Positions 63,901 through 64,000 of a stretch of DNA of 64,000 bases are shown one piece after another (positions within the stretch are counted from its first letter, which is position 1; the number at the start of each line of letters is the position of its first letter). Origin of the DNA: Bugula neritina. Taxonomy: Eukaryota; Animalia; Bryozoa. The notes beneath the pieces were generated by a model. That model saw only the letters and a program-made list of their open reading frames with translations, made no database searches and was not told where the DNA came from. Made by a program: the position numbers and the translations under genes. The stretch is taken from contig OZ037767.1 in the NCBI GenBank assembly GCA_964035545.1, positions 30,272,628 through 30,336,627 of the forward strand, read 5' to 3'.

Positions 63901-64000
63901 GGATGATGAAGAGTACAAGAAGATGTCACTGCTGGCTGGAGAGTTCGTTGGTGGTATTGGTAAGAAGCTGCAGAGATATTTGATCCTGAAGTCCTGGTGG
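60999..64000 (+). CDS. CPT1: Carnitine O-palmitoyltransferase 1, 5' part (continues right of the window). Exons 60999-61139, 61825-61964, 63201-63468, 63875-64000
   Basis: [47 protein letters not shown] matches the recalled CPT1A N-terminus ([20 protein letters not shown]). It is followed by two TM segments, [18 protein letters not shown] and YLESVRPLL...[12 protein letters not shown]. Confidence 0.95.
61360..61574 (+). mobile_element. tRNA-derived SINE, copy 2 (CPT1 intron)
   Basis: Colinear with 38851-39067 (shared AGTAAGCACAAAGTCATGGGT, AAAGGCCATTGG, ATGTTAGGAAGAGC, AATAAGTCCTTAGCCCG, TAAACTTGCGTGAGTTTTT). Flanks TATGCAGTCTCTAGTGT / TATGTAGTTCTAGTGT look like a decayed TSD. Confidence 0.85.
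61585..61737. repeat. 15-bp minisatellite (GTGTAAGTGTACRYA) right after the SINE
   Basis: Tandem copies seen directly. Confidence 0.85.

Overview
AT-rich, intron-rich eukaryotic DNA from an invertebrate animal. The gene set is metazoan and the introns I traced are GT-AG; the species cannot be fixed from sequence alone. Genes in order: 5' part of AK9 (-), head-to-head with SWSAP1 (+); PSMG4 (+) followed 9 nt later by an intronless SMIM8 (+); a secreted non-animal-type (APX/plant-like) heme peroxidase (-); a complete ~33.6 kb ATM gene (-) whose ~4 kb intron holds a same-strand, two-exon divergent protein kinase gene; MYCBP (+), head-to-head with ATM; and the 5' part of CPT1 (+). There are also two copies of a tRNA-derived SINE and many intronic minisatellites. 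The most notable observations are: (1) the PSMG4-SMIM8 unit, where the PSMG4 stop codon is also a plausible splice acceptor and is in frame with SMIM8; (2) the nested non-RD kinase with kappaB-like sites on both sides; (3) minisatellites that multiply 5' splice sites at ATM and CPT1 exon ends; (4) degenerate (ANT)n tracts near housekeeping promoters; (5) the peroxidase with distal Arg replaced by Gln. Gene identities come from recalled family motifs, not database searches. Exon models were assembled by hand.
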